A DNA stretch of 60,369 bases, counting the filler. It is 5 parts of 5 records of this genome, joined end to end, with 100 filler letters (N's around TTAATTAATTAA, not from the genome) between each part and the next. Parts side by side here need not be neighbours in the genome. Positions count along the whole stretch, not along the records: positions 23,466 to 30,653 come from DRR723986_19210; positions 30,754 to 36,882 come from DRR723986_19325; positions 36,983 to 60,369 come from DRR723986_19330; 2 more parts are not named here. The stretch is one strand, 5' to 3'. Position numbers and translations under genes: made by a program. Shown here piece after piece: positions 28,885 through 39,787 of this stretch (positions within the stretch are counted from its first letter, which is position 1; every line of letters starts with the position of its first letter). The notes under the pieces were generated by a model, which was not told the DNA's origin, searched no databases, and saw only the letters and a program-made list of their open reading frames with translations.

Positions 28885-30653
28885 TTAATGAACGCTTGAT
28901 CCCTGCTTCGGCTTGTTGCCAAAACACACCTGGAACACATCGTTGTAGTGTTTGGCAAAGTTCACCGAGATACCTTCTTTCAGATAATCGGGAAGCTCCT
29001 CGTAATCCCCGCGATTCGCTTCCGGCAGGATCAGGTTATTGATCTTCTGTCGGCGTGCGGCAATCACCTTTTCCCGAATGCCACCCACGGGCAGGACCTG
29101 CCCGGTTAACGTCAGTTCCCCGGTCATGGCCAGGTTCTGTTGCGGTGCTTCCTTGCGGGCAATGGACAACAGGGCGGTGGCCATGGTGATGCCGGCGCTC
29201 GGCCCGTCTTTTGGCGTTGCACCCTCGGGCACGTGCAGGTGGACAAAGGATTTGTCGAAGAAAGTCGGGTCACCCTTGAACCGCTTGAGGTTGGAGGACA
29301 CGAAGCTGTAGGCGATTTCGGCCGATTCCTTCATCACATCTCCCAGTTGTCCGGTGAGCTTGAAGCCCCGCTGGCTGCTGTGAATGCGTGAGGCCTCAAT
29401 GCTGAGAGTGGCGCCGCCCATGGCGGTCCAGGCCAGGCCCGTCACCACGCCGGTGCCTTTCAGGGACTTCTCCTTCTTGAATGCCGGCTGGCCGAGATAG
29501 TCGGTCAGATCGCCAACACCCACTCGAACCGGGTCATCCGGATTTTCCAGCAGGCGCACGATGCCCTTGCGGACAATCTTGTGCAGCAGCTTCTCCAGAT
29601 TCCGCACGCCGGCTTCCCGGGCGTAGCCCTCAATCACCTGGCGAATGGCAGCGTCGCTGATGTTCAGCTGCTTCTTCAGCAGGCCCGCCCGTTTGAGCAA
29701 GCGAGGTACCAGGTAATGTTTGGCAATGGCCAGTTTTTCTTCGCCGATGTAGCCGGACAGGCGGATCACGTCCATCCGGTCCAGCAGCGGCCGGGGGATC
29801 GTGTCCAACTGGTTGGCGGTGCAGATGAAGAGCACTTTCGAGAGGTCCATGCGCACATCCAGGTAGTGATCCAGGAACTCCCTGTTCTGTTCCGGGTCTA
29901 GGGTTTCCAGCAAGGCTGAGGCCGGGTCACCCTGGTAAGAGCTGCCGATCTTGTCGATCTCGTCCAGCATGATCACCGGGTTGGCTACTTTGCTGTCTTT
30001 CAGGGCCTGTACGAACTTTCCGGGCATGGCGCCGATGTAGGTGCGACGATGTCCCTTGATTTCGGCTTCATCCCGCATGCCGCCCACGCTGAAACGGTAG
30101 AACTCCCGGCCCAGGGCATCCGCCACCGAATGGCCGATAGAGGTTTTACCGACCCCGGGCGGGCCGACCAGCAGCAGTATGGAGCCGCTCACTTCGCCCT
30201 TGAACGTGCCTTCAGCCAGAAATTCAATGATGCGGTCCTTTACATCGTCCAGGCCGTCATGGTCCCGGTCCAGAATCTTGCGGGCCTCGGCCAGATCAAA
30301 ATGATCCTGTGAATGCACGCCCCAGGGCACCTGGGTAATCCAGTCCAGATAGTTGCGGGTTACCCCGTATTCCGGTGAGCCCTGTTCCAGCACCTGCAGT
30401 TTCTGGATTTCATCCTTGAATCGCTCCTGCACGGCTTCCGGCGGATTCAGTTTGGCCATTCGCTCTTCGAAGCGTTCCACGTCCGCGGTCTTGTCATCCT
30501 TCGCAATGCCCAGCTCCCGCTGGATCACTTTCAACTGCTCGCGCAGGAAAAACTCCCGCTGGTGCTTCTGCACCTTCTCGTTTACTTCTTCGTTGATCTC
30601 GGATTGCAGGCGGGCGACCTCCTGCTCCTTGCGCATCAGCAGCAGTACTTTTT
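28885..30653 (-). CDS. lon: Lon protease, 5'-truncated
   Basis: GPPGVGKTS, RRTYIGAMPG, LDEIDK, PKDGPSAG, GGIREK. Confidence 0.96.
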
Positions 30654-30753
30654 NNNNNNNNNNNNNNNNNNNNNNNNNNNNNNNNNNNNNNNNNNNNTTA
30701 ATTAATTAANNNNNNNNNNNNNNNNNNNNNNNNNNNNNNNNNNNNNNNNNNNN
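30654..30753. other. artificial contig linker
   Basis: N44-TTAATTAATTAA-N44. Confidence 0.98.
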
Positions 30754-30973
30754 AGCCAGAGCTCTGGCTGCCCGGATCCGTCGTAGTGCTGATATTCACC
30801 ACCGCACTGGAGTTATCTTCCACCAGCTCAGTGAAATCCGGCAGGCCTCTGGCTGCGACGCCCTGGCTCCAGAATACCGACACCATGGCAGCCAGCATCA
30901 GCAGAACGCCCAGCATGACCCCGGGTCTGGCCAGGGAAGGCATACGGGCAGCTTCTATATTTTTTTCTGGCAT
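30754..30973 (-). CDS. mucD: DegP/MucD serine protease, N-terminal fragment
   Basis: LPDFTELVE..AVVNIST; lies after rseC. Confidence 0.85.
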
Positions 30974-31055
30974 GTAGAACCCCCTGATTTTACTTGCGTT
31001 TATAGAGCTATTCTGGGTCTGGGGCGTGAATTTTCAACTTAAAAAACGGTAGGGA

Positions 31056-31505
31056 TCATGGACATGTCGAGGATGGAATTGTCTTTACCCTCAACAACCG
31101 CGGCTGGTAGCGATCACCGGCCCCGGCCTGCCAACGCTGCACCAGCCAGAATCCGACGCCCAGGCCTGCCACCGCTCCGGCTATGGCGCCCAGGTCTGAC
31201 CCCGCGGCCCAGTTATGCGCCATCACACTGGCAAACACCATCAGCACCAACGGCAAACCGTAAATAATCAGCGAGGCATTCAGCAGCGACTGTTCATCCA
31301 GCCCGATGACCACTTCATCGCCCACCCGGGCGCCCACGGAATTATCTACCAGTACCTGATTCGCCCGGCCACCGGATACCGCAGCCAGGGCTCGCTGCCC
31401 GCAGCCCGAGCGGGCCGAGCAACTCTGACAGGCACTGGTTCTTATCGTCTGCACCCAGACCTGATCACCCACCAGGGCCACGACTTTACCGGTTTCCGTG
31501 ATCAT
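31056..31505 (-). CDS. rseC: RseC/MucC family protein
   Basis: SACQSCSARSGCG Cys cluster, YGLPL, TM segments, operon position. Confidence 0.9.
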   Translation of the reverse strand: MITETGKVVALVGDQVWVQTIRTSACQSCSARSGCGQRALAAVSGGRANQVLVDNSVGARVGDEVVIGLDEQSLLNASLIIYGLPLVLMVFASVMAHNWAAGSDLGAIAGAVAGLGVGFWLVQRWQAGAGDRYQPRLLRVKTIPSSTCP

Positions 31506-32566
31506 GACCCGGACAGCTCAGCTACGAAATCGTCATCCACTTCCACGGCATCTGCCACCTTTCGTGCAGTGCCCGGCGGAATTTCACCAACCACCGCTAT
31601 CAGGAAGGGGCGATCAGAGACCATGACTTCGCGCATGTAGATGGTGGTTGCCCCGATACGGGAAGCGCCTGTCGGCATTTTCAGCCGCCCGACTGGCTCG
31701 ACAAATACGGAAAACGCAGCCAGGCCATCGGAGAACGCCACGGCCTTGCCACTGCCCGAACGTGGTGCAGCCGCCGGCACAAAGCCCTCCGGCTGCCAGG
31801 ACAGAGTCCAGCCATTCATCCGGCCAACCGATGACTCCTGTTTCCGTCCATCGTCCAGGGTACGGCTAATCTCACGACCACGGGTCTGAACCTCGAGTTC
31901 CTCGTCGGAAATATCGTCAGTGATCTCAAGATCGGTGAACTGAAAATGCTCCAGTACCTCACCGTTTACATCCCGCACCTGGCTCTTGACCAGTAGCCCC
32001 GTCTCTTTTTCCAGCCAGAGGCGGTGGCTGTAGCGATCATCATCCCGGGCCCCGAGCGCCACGATCACCACATCGTAGCCGGCGACCCGGTCTTCACCCG
32101 CCAGTTCAGGCAGATACCAGCGGCCAAACGGCATCAACTGACTGGTAAACGCTTCTGCGAACGGGCCGGAAGGAATCACCTCGTCCAGCCGGACCCTGCC
32201 CCGGTCAGGCAATACACAGACCACGTTCATGCCTTTACGGACGATTTCACCACTGCCGCCGTCCTGCATCACCAGGCGTTCCTCAACACGCCCGTTCCGG
32301 TAACGGTGGGCGATGCGCATGGAATGTACCTGATCGCCCCGGGCATAAACAAAGACCCCGCGGTACGATGTCATGTTGAGTGCAGGGCCAAGCCGCTCCA
32401 GCCAGGCCATGGCCGCCGGGGCTTCACCGCTTTTCTTTGTCTCGCTGGCCAACTCGGCCCTCACCGGATTGATCAACAGGCACAGCAGAGCCACAAGAGC
32501 GGCAACCGCTCCGAATACCGACCTGCTGGATACCCGGTTATTCATAAACCCATGCTCCCGGTTCAA
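31502..32566 (-). CDS. rseB: RseB/MucB anti-sigma co-factor
   Basis: YRGVFVY, ERL..QDG..EIVR, FSDGLAAFSVFVEP, VGEIPP.TA. Confidence 0.92.
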   Translation of the reverse strand: MNREHGFMNNRVSSRSVFGAVAALVALLCLLINPVRAELASETKKSGEAPAAMAWLERLGPALNMTSYRGVFVYARGDQVHSMRIAHRYRNGRVEERLVMQDGGSGEIVRKGMNVVCVLPDRGRVRLDEVIPSGPFAEAFTSQLMPFGRWYLPELAGEDRVAGYDVVIVALGARDDDRYSHRLWLEKETGLLVKSQVRDVNGEVLEHFQFTDLEITDDISDEELEVQTRGREISRTLDDGRKQESSVGRMNGWTLSWQPEGFVPAAAPRSGSGKAVAFSDGLAAFSVFVEPVGRLKMPTGASRIGATTIYMREVMVSDRPFLIAVVGEIPPGTARKVADAVEVDDDFVAELSGS

Positions 32567-33144
32567 TAGTTACCACTGGCGCTGACCAGGCGGGCGTAAC
32601 CCACCGAGCCACGACCTGCACCCACGCTGTTGTGCTGGGCATGCTCAAGCAGGTACTGACGCATCTGGCGCAACTGGTCTTCGTCCAGCCGCTGTAGTGC
32701 CACTTCCTCAACCGCCGCCGACAGCGTTACCGCAGAGGCTGAAGGCTCGGCACTGCCGCCGGCCAGTGCCTGAACAGGTACTCCGGTGCGGGTATCCCAG
32801 CCGGCTCCGGCGCCGAAGCCCACAATCAACGCCATGAACACCATGGCGGCCACCGGCCAGCGCCAGACCGACACCCGGGGCACCTCCACCGGCGACCGGG
32901 CCTGTTCTGAGCGAGCATGGCCATCGAGCGCTTCCCTCACCGCGCCGGCAACATCAATACCATCGGCAGGACCGTGCTGCTCGTGCATCAGATCACGTAT
33001 CTGCTGCCATCGCTGCCACTGGCCGCGCACGTCCTCCTGGTTGCCATGTGACAACAACCGACGAACCGATAGCTCATCGGCCTCGTCATCCATCATCGAA
33101 GACAGTGTTTCTCTGAGACGCTCATCCATAGGATGCAACCTCAT
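32563..33144 (-). CDS. rseA: RseA/MucA anti-sigma-E factor
   Basis: LRETLSSMMDDE, W.RW..IRD, TM segment, YLLEH; the start may be the ATG at 33129. Confidence 0.88.
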   Translation of the reverse strand: MRLHPMDERLRETLSSMMDDEADELSVRRLLSHGNQEDVRGQWQRWQQIRDLMHEQHGPADGIDVAGAVREALDGHARSEQARSPVEVPRVSVWRWPVAAMVFMALIVGFGAGAGWDTRTGVPVQALAGGSAEPSASAVTLSAAVEEVALQRLDEDQLRQMRQYLLEHAQHNSVGAGRGSVGYARLVSASGNY

Positions 33145-33855
33145 TCACGTTACTGACTGATCAAGGAGCGGGCCAAGGTGGCGATCCACCGAGTCCCGCG
33201 CCCGGAAAATTCTTGAGCGCACGGTACCTATGGGGCACTCCAGTATCCGGGCAATATCTTCATAACTCAGGCCATCGTATTCCCTGAGCAGGAACGCCGA
33301 CCGCAGTTCCTCCGGCAGGCTGGCAATGGCTTCCGCAAGAGCTTTCTGCAACTGCTCCCTCTGCAGCAACCGCTCCGGCGAGGCCGGGTCACGCAGTCGG
33401 CCGCCATCATCAAAGTTTTCCGCATCGGTGACATCCGCCGATCCCTGGGGCCGCCTGCCGCGGGCCTCAAGGAAATTCTTGGCGGTGTTTACGGCAATCC
33501 GGTACAACCAGGTGTAAAACGCGCTGTCGCCGCGAAAGCGATCAATCGCGCGGAAGGCTTTGACAAAGGTTTCCTGAGTCAGATCCATGACTTCCTGGCT
33601 GTCGTAGACATAGCGGCTGATAATAGACGCGACCCTAGACTGGTATTTCACCACCAGCAGATCGAAGGCCGCACGATCTCCGTTCCGGACCTTGCGAACC
33701 AACTGCAGATCCGTCTGGCTGTCGGACTGCTCACCGGGTTTCCAGTCATTTTCAGGCGTCATGGACGAAGCAACAGAAAGTCCTGTTTTGGGAGCCAGTG
33801 GTCTGGCCTCGATACGAGTGGCTTGTGTCATTGGGCTGTTCCAGCGTTCGTTCAC
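33145..33855 (-). CDS. rpoE: ECF sigma factor RpoE/AlgU
   Basis: AFDLLVVKYQ, FRGDSAFYTWLYRIAVNTAKN, CPIGTVRSRIFRAR; start codon uncertain. Confidence 0.95.
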   Translation of the reverse strand: MNERWNSPMTQATRIEARPLAPKTGLSVASSMTPENDWKPGEQSDSQTDLQLVRKVRNGDRAAFDLLVVKYQSRVASIISRYVYDSQEVMDLTQETFVKAFRAIDRFRGDSAFYTWLYRIAVNTAKNFLEARGRRPQGSADVTDAENFDDGGRLRDPASPERLLQREQLQKALAEAIASLPEELRSAFLLREYDGLSYEDIARILECPIGTVRSRIFRARDSVDRHLGPLLDQSVT

Positions 33856-33906
33856 TAACCCTTGATGCAGACCGCACCCGGCTGACAGGGTTATCCGTTA
33901 GCCCAA

Positions 33907-33933
33907 ATAGACAGCAAGCGTAAAGTTTAGTTC
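33907..33933 (-). promoter_or_regulatory. sigmaE/AlgU-dependent autoregulatory promoter
   Basis: Minus strand reads GAACTA-N16-TCTAT, close to the GAACTT-N16-TCTAT/TCTGA consensus. Confidence 0.78.
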
Positions 33934-33970
33934 AATACACGTCCACATTATGGCCCGCGACCACGACTCA

Positions 33971-35578
33971 ATGCCACAGTCCTACGAATACGATGTTCTG
34001 ATCATCGGCAGCGGCGCTGCCGGCCTTACCGTTGCGCTGAATCTTCCGGAGCACTTGCGGGTTTGCGTCATCAGCAAAGCCGATATCAGCTCTGGCGCCA
34101 CCCTCTGGGCCCAGGGAGGCATCGCTGCGGTTCTGGACGATACCGATTCCGTGGAGAATCACATACAGGACACCCTCAACGCGGGCGGCGGTCTGTGCCA
34201 CGAGGATGCGGTCCGCTTTACCGTGGAACACAGCAAGGAAAGCATCAAGTGGCTGATCGACTCCGGCGTGAAGTTCACCAGGCAGGACGATGGCGAGGAC
34301 TACCACCTCACCCGCGAAGGCGGCCATAGCCATCGCCGGATTATCCACGCCGCCGATGCCACCGGCCACGCGGTTTCCACCACCCTGGCGAGCCAGGCCC
34401 AGGCCAGGCCGAATATTCACCTGAAAGCCGGCCGAGTGGCTGTGGACCTGATTACCAACCGCAAGCTTGCGCTTCCCGGCAACCGCTGCGTCGGCGCCTA
34501 CATCCTGAATCTCGAAGACAATCATGTGGAACTGTTTCGAGCCAGGTTCACCGTCATCGCCACCGGCGGCGCCTCCAAGGCGTATCGCTACACGACCAAT
34601 CCGGACGGCGCTTCCGGAGATGGAATTGCCATGGCCTGGCGAGCCGGTTGCCGTGTTGCCAACATGGAGTTCAATCAGTTCCACCCCACCTGCCTGTACC
34701 ACCCGCACGCCAAGTCCTTCCTGATTACCGAGGCGGTTCGGGGCGAAGGTGGCGTGCTCCGGCTGCCGGACGGCAGTCGGTTCATGGACCGGTTTGATGA
34801 ACGGGCGGAACTGGCTCCCCGGGACATTGTTGCCAGGGCCATTGACCATGAGATGAAGCGCCTGGGCGCAGACCACCTGTTCCTGGATATCAGCCATAAG
34901 CCGGCCGACTTCATCAAACAGCACTTCCCGACCATTTACGAAAAGTGCCTGAGCTTCGGGATCGACATTACCCGCGAACCGATTCCCGTGGTGCCTGCTG
35001 CCCATTATACCTGCGGCGGAATTGTCAGTGATGAACGGGCGCGTACCGACATCAACCAACTCTATGTCGTTGGCGAAGCCGCCTTCACCGGCCTGCACGG
35101 CGCCAACCGCATGGCCAGCAACTCGTTGCTGGAATGTCTGGTCTATGGCCGGGCCGCGGCTCAGGACATCACCCGCAGGGAGGCTGACATTCCACCGCCA
35201 CCGTCAGCCCCGGACTGGGACGAAAGCCAGGTGCGGGACTCCGACGAAGACGTCATCATCTCCCATAACTGGGACGAACTTCGGCACTTTATGTGGGACT
35301 ATGTCGGCATCGTCCGAACCACCAAACGCCTGCAGCGGGCGAAACACCGGGTTGATTTGCTGTCCCGTGAAATCGGCGAGTTTTACAGTAACTACCGGGT
35401 CTCCAATGACCTGATCGAACTGCGCAACCTGGTCACAGTCTCCGACCTCATCATCTGCTCGGCACTGCAACGCAAGGAAAGCCGAGGCCTGCATTACACA
35501 CTGGATTATCCGGGCCTGCTGAATGACGCCCAGGATACCGTGCTGGTGCCGACGACTTACCGCACCCCGTCTCCCTGA
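33971..35578 (+). CDS. nadB: L-aspartate oxidase
   Basis: [47 protein letters not shown]; divergent from rpoE. Confidence 0.96.
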   Translation: MPQSYEYDVLIIGSGAAGLTVALNLPEHLRVCVISKADISSGATLWAQGGIAAVLDDTDSVENHIQDTLNAGGGLCHEDAVRFTVEHSKESIKWLIDSGVKFTRQDDGEDYHLTREGGHSHRRIIHAADATGHAVSTTLASQAQARPNIHLKAGRVAVDLITNRKLALPGNRCVGAYILNLEDNHVELFRARFTVIATGGASKAYRYTTNPDGASGDGIAMAWRAGCRVANMEFNQFHPTCLYHPHAKSFLITEAVRGEGGVLRLPDGSRFMDRFDERAELAPRDIVARAIDHEMKRLGADHLFLDISHKPADFIKQHFPTIYEKCLSFGIDITREPIPVVPAAHYTCGGIVSDERARTDINQLYVVGEAAFTGLHGANRMASNSLLECLVYGRAAAQDITRREADIPPPPSAPDWDESQVRDSDEDVIISHNWDELRHFMWDYVGIVRTTKRLQRAKHRVDLLSREIGEFYSNYRVSNDLIELRNLVTVSDLIICSALQRKESRGLHYTLDYPGLLNDAQDTVLVPTTYRTPSP

Positions 35579-35616
35579 GACCGGGCCTTACTCCGTTTCC
35601 AAAGGCAGAATCCGTT

Positions 35617-35889
35617 ATGTCCGAAACCAATACTTCTCAGGATCACACTGAATTTCATCGCCTGTGGTGGCACAGCCGCCGCGGCATGCTGGAACTGGAC
35701 GTCCTGCTGCTCCCGTTCCTTGAAGAGGTATACCGGGATCTTTCAGTGGAAGACCAGGCCCGCTACCGCAAGCTGTTGAGTTGCGAGGATACGGACATGT
35801 TCGAGTGGTTCATGCAGCGCAGCAAGCCGGAGGACCCGGATCTTCGTCACATCGTTGACATGATCCTGAACCGTGTCCAGCCCGATTGA
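35617..35889 (+). CDS. sdhE: succinate dehydrogenase flavinylation factor SdhE (YgfY)
   Basis: [10 protein letters not shown] motif. Confidence 0.93.
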   Translation: MSETNTSQDHTEFHRLWWHSRRGMLELDVLLLPFLEEVYRDLSVEDQARYRKLLSCEDTDMFEWFMQRSKPEDPDLRHIVDMILNRVQPD

Positions 35890-36334
35890 GCTGAACCTGT
35901 CGTCCTCCAGGGCCGCGGGTATTTGCGCCAGCCTGCCCTGGTTGGCGTTGTCTGCCGTACTACTGGCAATCGGCCTGTCCGTCGCCCCGCTGGCACTGGT
36001 TTTGTTACCGGTTTCCCTGCTTCTGGGCTGGCAGGACTTCCGGCGTTGTGGCCGGCTCCTTGGAGCCAATGCCATTATCAGCCTGGCAACTGACGATCGG
36101 CATCTTCGATGCCAGTTGGCCGATGGCCGGGAAGTTACCACCAGAGTTTGCGGCTGCAGCTCCCTCGGTGCATCCTTTCTGATCTTGAAAGTAGAGTCCG
36201 TTGTCACCAGATCAGACACCATGACCGCGATCCTGCTCAGCCCATCCTGGCTATGTCGTGGCAATGTTTCCGAACAGGCATTCCGTCGGCTGCGCATGTG
36301 GCTCGTGGCAGGGCCAGCAGCTATTTCACGGTGA
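35873..36334 (+). CDS. YgfX/CptA-like membrane protein
   Basis: Overlaps sdhE; two TM segments, C-terminal FRRLRMWL. Confidence 0.7.
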   Translation: MSSPIELNLSSSRAAGICASLPWLALSAVLLAIGLSVAPLALVLLPVSLLLGWQDFRRCGRLLGANAIISLATDDRHLRCQLADGREVTTRVCGCSSLGASFLILKVESVVTRSDTMTAILLSPSWLCRGNVSEQAFRRLRMWLVAGPAAISR

Positions 36335-36360
36335 ACCCCCGATTCCATCCGGAGTTTTCG

Positions 36361-36882
36361 ATGACCAACGCCAATACCGAAACGCCAGCCAATCCCACTT
36401 ACGAGGGTTGGGCTCATCTGACCGACCGGGTTCTGGCCAGAATCAACGGGCCGGGTACCGACAAGTTTGTCCAGGGCCAGTTCAGCCAGAGTGTTGACGA
36501 AGTCACTGCCGGACAGTCGCTCAGGGCAGCAGCCTGCACCCCGAAGGGCAGAGCCTACTGCATTACCCGACTGGTCCGGGATGGCGAAGACTTGCTACTC
36601 AGCCTCGAGCGGGAGACCGCAGAAGACACCGTTCAGCACCTGAACAAGTACCTGATGCTGTTCCGGGGCACATCGCTTGCCGTTCTTGACGCAGGCCGGA
36701 TCACCGGTCTGCTGGGGATCGAGACCGCCCGACAGGTTGCCGGCGTGGCCACAGACGAACTGACCCGCCCCGGTCAGGTGTTAAGTACCGACAACGGGTA
36801 CCTGATTCGTGTGGAAGATGACAGCGACCACCTCGCTCGCTTCGAACTCTGGCAAACTGATGCCCAGCCCTCGTTGCCGCCC
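36361..36882 (+). CDS. ygfZ: folate-binding Fe-S repair protein YgfZ, 3'-truncated
   Basis: G..KFVQGQ, CTPKGR, L.KY.. motifs; GGAG RBS before the ATG at 36361. Confidence 0.88.
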
Positions 36883-36982
36883 NNNNNNNNNNNNNNNNNN
36901 NNNNNNNNNNNNNNNNNNNNNNNNNNTTAATTAATTAANNNNNNNNNNNNNNNNNNNNNNNNNNNNNNNNNNNNNNNNNNNN
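36883..36982. other. artificial contig linker
   Basis: N44-TTAATTAATTAA-N44. Confidence 0.98.
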
Positions 36983-37020
36983 GAAAATCGAGAATCGAAA
37001 ATCGAAAATCGAGAATCGAA
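36983..37020. repeat. heptamer tandem repeat GA(A/G)AATC, 5+ units
   Basis: GAAAATC GAGAATC GAAAATC GAAAATC GAGAATC GAA at the contig edge. Confidence 0.9.
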
Positions 37021-37021
37021 T

Positions 37022-37621
37022 TTACTGACGAACAATCGTCCTAAACGTCAAATTAATCCTTGGCCCAGTTATCTTTTTAGTCGGAGGCAATCTGTGCAAC
37101 CAATGTTCTTGAGTTTGGCCTTTCATCACCAATAAACTGCCATGTTGCAAAATCAAATCCGTTTTCTTTTGGGTTGATTTGTGCTTAAAGGCAAATTTAC
37201 GTTCTGCTCCAAAACTTAATGACGCAATGGCACCTTCTTTTTTCAAGTCTTTCTCGCCATCACTGTGCCATGCCATTCCTTCATCTCCCTCGTTGTAAAG
37301 ATTTAATAAGCATGAATTATACGTTTCTTCTGAAATTTCTTCGGCTATTTTTTTTATTTCGAGCAGCTCTTTAGTCCAACTCAACGCAAACTTGGTCGTG
37401 TTCGAATAAGTATAACTAAACGGCTTATCACCATACCAAGCTACTTTTCGTTTCGTGATGATTTTCTTTCCAAAAATAACGGCCTCATCATTCTTCCAAT
37501 CAATGGATTGAAGCAATATTTCGAAATACTTGTTTGATTGATCTAAGGGAATTATTGGACCATAATAATGGGCTTCTCCGTCAAAAGGAAGGATGTTCAA
37601 GCTATCATTGAATAAATCCAT
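37022..37621 (-). CDS. AlkB-like 2OG-Fe(II) dioxygenase
   Basis: NSCLLNLY, WHSD (HxD), WLH.LP, RINLTFR; start MDLFN at 37621. Confidence 0.92.
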   Translation of the reverse strand: MDLFNDSLNILPFDGEAHYYGPIIPLDQSNKYFEILLQSIDWKNDEAVIFGKKIITKRKVAWYGDKPFSYTYSNTTKFALSWTKELLEIKKIAEEISEETYNSCLLNLYNEGDEGMAWHSDGEKDLKKEGAIASLSFGAERKFAFKHKSTQKKTDLILQHGSLLVMKGQTQEHWLHRLPPTKKITGPRINLTFRTIVRQ

Positions 37622-37623
37622 AA

Positions 37624-38082
37624 TTAATCTGCAATCCGATTCCAGATATCTAGGTAAATTTTCCATTCTCCCTCAACTTTTCTCCAAACAATCACATATT
37701 TACCTCTCCAAGAATTTTCATCACCGTTCGATTTGACAGTTATGCCTTCATAGTATCCAAAATCGTAAGCCTCATCCCCCAATATCTTTATTTCACTTGG
37801 AGTGACTTTATGGTAAATGATTTTAGAGTCTTCTGAAAAAGTCCAATATGATGTTACTGAATCTCTTCCACTCACAATATCTAAATTGTTCGGAAATAGT
37901 TTACCATCTTCAGTGTAAGCTAAGCCTAAGGCTGTTGCATCTCCAGCAACTACAGCCTTTGAAAAGGCCGTAATATTTGCTAAAATCTGATCGATATCTT
38001 TTTGATCCCCCACATAGTTTTGAGCTTTGGAATGAAATCCAGTTAAACATAGCACGAATGCAATCATTAGTGTTTTTCGCAT
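37624..38082 (-). CDS. NTF2-like / DUF4440 secreted protein
   Basis: Signal peptide, AYDFGYY, GKYVIVWRK..GEWKIYLDIWN. Confidence 0.82.
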   Translation of the reverse strand: MRKTLMIAFVLCLTGFHSKAQNYVGDQKDIDQILANITAFSKAVVAGDATALGLAYTEDGKLFPNNLDIVSGRDSVTSYWTFSEDSKIIYHKVTPSEIKILGDEAYDFGYYEGITVKSNGDENSWRGKYVIVWRKVEGEWKIYLDIWNRIAD

Positions 38083-38091
38083 GATGAGATT

Positions 38092-38706
38092 TTAGAGATT
38101 TAATTTTCCGGCTTGCTCTTTCACAAATTCTTTAATTGAAGAATCGGCCATGGGTACTTTACCTAAACATTTCAATCCGGTAGTTTTCAAAATGATTTCT
38201 TCAGTCGCTGGATTAGGGTCGCCGTTAAAAATGATACCGGTTATCTTAATATTTCTTTGTTTCAGTAATTCAACACTCAATAAGGTGTGATTAATACTTC
38301 CGAGATAGTTTTTAGAGATAAGGATGCATTCATCTGCAACCGCTGGGATCAAGTCAACAATCATATCACCTTTTTCATTTAAAGGTACCATCAATCCTCC
38401 TGCTCCCTCAATTACCAAGGTTCTTTCCGTTTCTGGCGCTTTGAAATCAGAGATATTGATTTCGATTCCATCAATTTTAGCTGCTGCATGTGGAGACATA
38501 GGCTCTGAAAGCAAAAACCTTTCGGTATGAAACTCTGAATGATCATTAGAAATAAAATCTCTCACCCATAAGGAATCTAAGTCATCTAACTCCCCTGCTT
38601 GAACCGGCTTCCAATAATCAGCTTTTAAGGCCTCCACTATTATAGCAGAGCAGAATGTTTTTCCAATTTCAGTTCCTATTCCTGTGACAAATATTTTTCT
38701 AGCCAT
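38092..38706 (-). CDS. bioD: dethiobiotin synthase
   Basis: TGIGTEIGKT, YWKPVQAG, EGAGGLMVP, LGSINHT. Confidence 0.95.
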   Translation of the reverse strand: MARKIFVTGIGTEIGKTFCSAIIVEALKADYWKPVQAGELDDLDSLWVRDFISNDHSEFHTERFLLSEPMSPHAAAKIDGIEINISDFKAPETERTLVIEGAGGLMVPLNEKGDMIVDLIPAVADECILISKNYLGSINHTLLSVELLKQRNIKITGIIFNGDPNPATEEIILKTTGLKCLGKVPMADSSIKEFVKEQAGKLNL

Positions 38707-39787
38707 TAATTAATTGAGTTAATTCAGTAATCTGTTTTTCAGTATTGAAAGAATGCAAGCAAATTCTTATACGCTCTGCACCTTCTCTTACTGTTGGGTA
38801 TAAAATTGCTTTTACAGCAAATCCTCCCTTTTGTATACGTTCAGCAACTGCTTTAGCTGCCGAGTTACCAGGAATAAGTATAGATTGAATCGCAGAATTA
38901 CTGTCAATAAATTCGAATGGTCCTTCGCTAATGGAGGATTTAAACAACGTAATATTTCTTTTCAATTGATGCCGTTCAGCATCCATATGCCTCACGACTT
39001 CTACAACATTTGCAATTCGCTCTTGAGCGTGAGGCGGCAAGGCCGTGGTATAAATCAGTGAACGGGCATAATTAATTAGATAATCCTTCAAATCGTTTGG
39101 CCCCAAAACTACTGCTCCATGTGAGCCGTAAGCTTTGCCAAATGTAATGACCTTAGCAAAAATTTTATCGTCTAAATCCAACTCGCTGATCAGGCCCTTT
39201 CCTTCTGCACCATAGATTCCCCCTGAATGTGCCTCATCAACTATTAAATAGGCTCCATATTGTTCACACAAGGCTACAATTTTGGTAAGAGGTGCATCAT
39301 CCCCATCCATTGAATAGATACTTTCCACCGCAACATAAACAGTCCCTGTCGCTCTTTTCAACTTTTCTTCCAGCTGACACAAGTCATTATGTTTAAATGA
39401 ATAAGCTGTTGCGAGACTCATTCTTACTCCATCACGAATTGAAGCATGAATCAATGAATCATACAAAACCGTATCTCCTTTCAAAGGGATTGAAGAAAAC
39501 AAACCTAAATTCGCATCATATCCTGAATTAAAAAACAAGGCAGCTTCTTGATTGAAATGCTTTGCAATGCTCTTTTCTATCTCCTCAGTTCTTTCAGAAT
39601 TGCCTGAAATTAAACGAGAACCTGTTGATCCTGAACTGACGTCAGAAGAAAAAATCATCTCTGAAACACCTAAATAATCATTTGAAAAAAAATCGACTAA
39701 GCCCTCAGCCTTCATTAAAGTTCTGAAAGCATTCGCCGATTTACGCTCAGCAATTTTCTTTTTTAAACTTTGTGGAAATTGTTTCAT
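38699..39787 (-). CDS. bioF: 8-amino-7-oxononanoate synthase
   Basis: FFSNDYLG, SGYDANLG, HASIRDG, SMDGD, DEAHS, TFGKAYG. Confidence 0.93.
   Translation of the reverse strand: MKQFPQSLKKKIAERKSANAFRTLMKAEGLVDFFSNDYLGVSEMIFSSDVSSGSTGSRLISGNSERTEEIEKSIAKHFNQEAALFFNSGYDANLGLFSSIPLKGDTVLYDSLIHASIRDGVRMSLATAYSFKHNDLCQLEEKLKRATGTVYVAVESIYSMDGDDAPLTKIVALCEQYGAYLIVDEAHSGGIYGAEGKGLISELDLDDKIFAKVITFGKAYGSHGAVVLGPNDLKDYLINYARSLIYTTALPPHAQERIANVVEVVRHMDAERHQLKRNITLFKSSISEGPFEFIDSNSAIQSILIPGNSAAKAVAERIQKGGFAVKAILYPTVREGAERIRICLHSFNTEKQITELTQLING

Noticed and set aside
23575..36497. Many overlapping alternative-frame ORFs in the Marinobacter-like contigs (e.g. 33968-35098, 26382-27113, 27223-27891)
   Set aside because: They overlap well-supported genes and are expected at high GC
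36983..37020. Possible CRISPR array or telomere-like repeat
   Set aside because: 7-bp units without spacers and no cas genes; a simple tandem repeat
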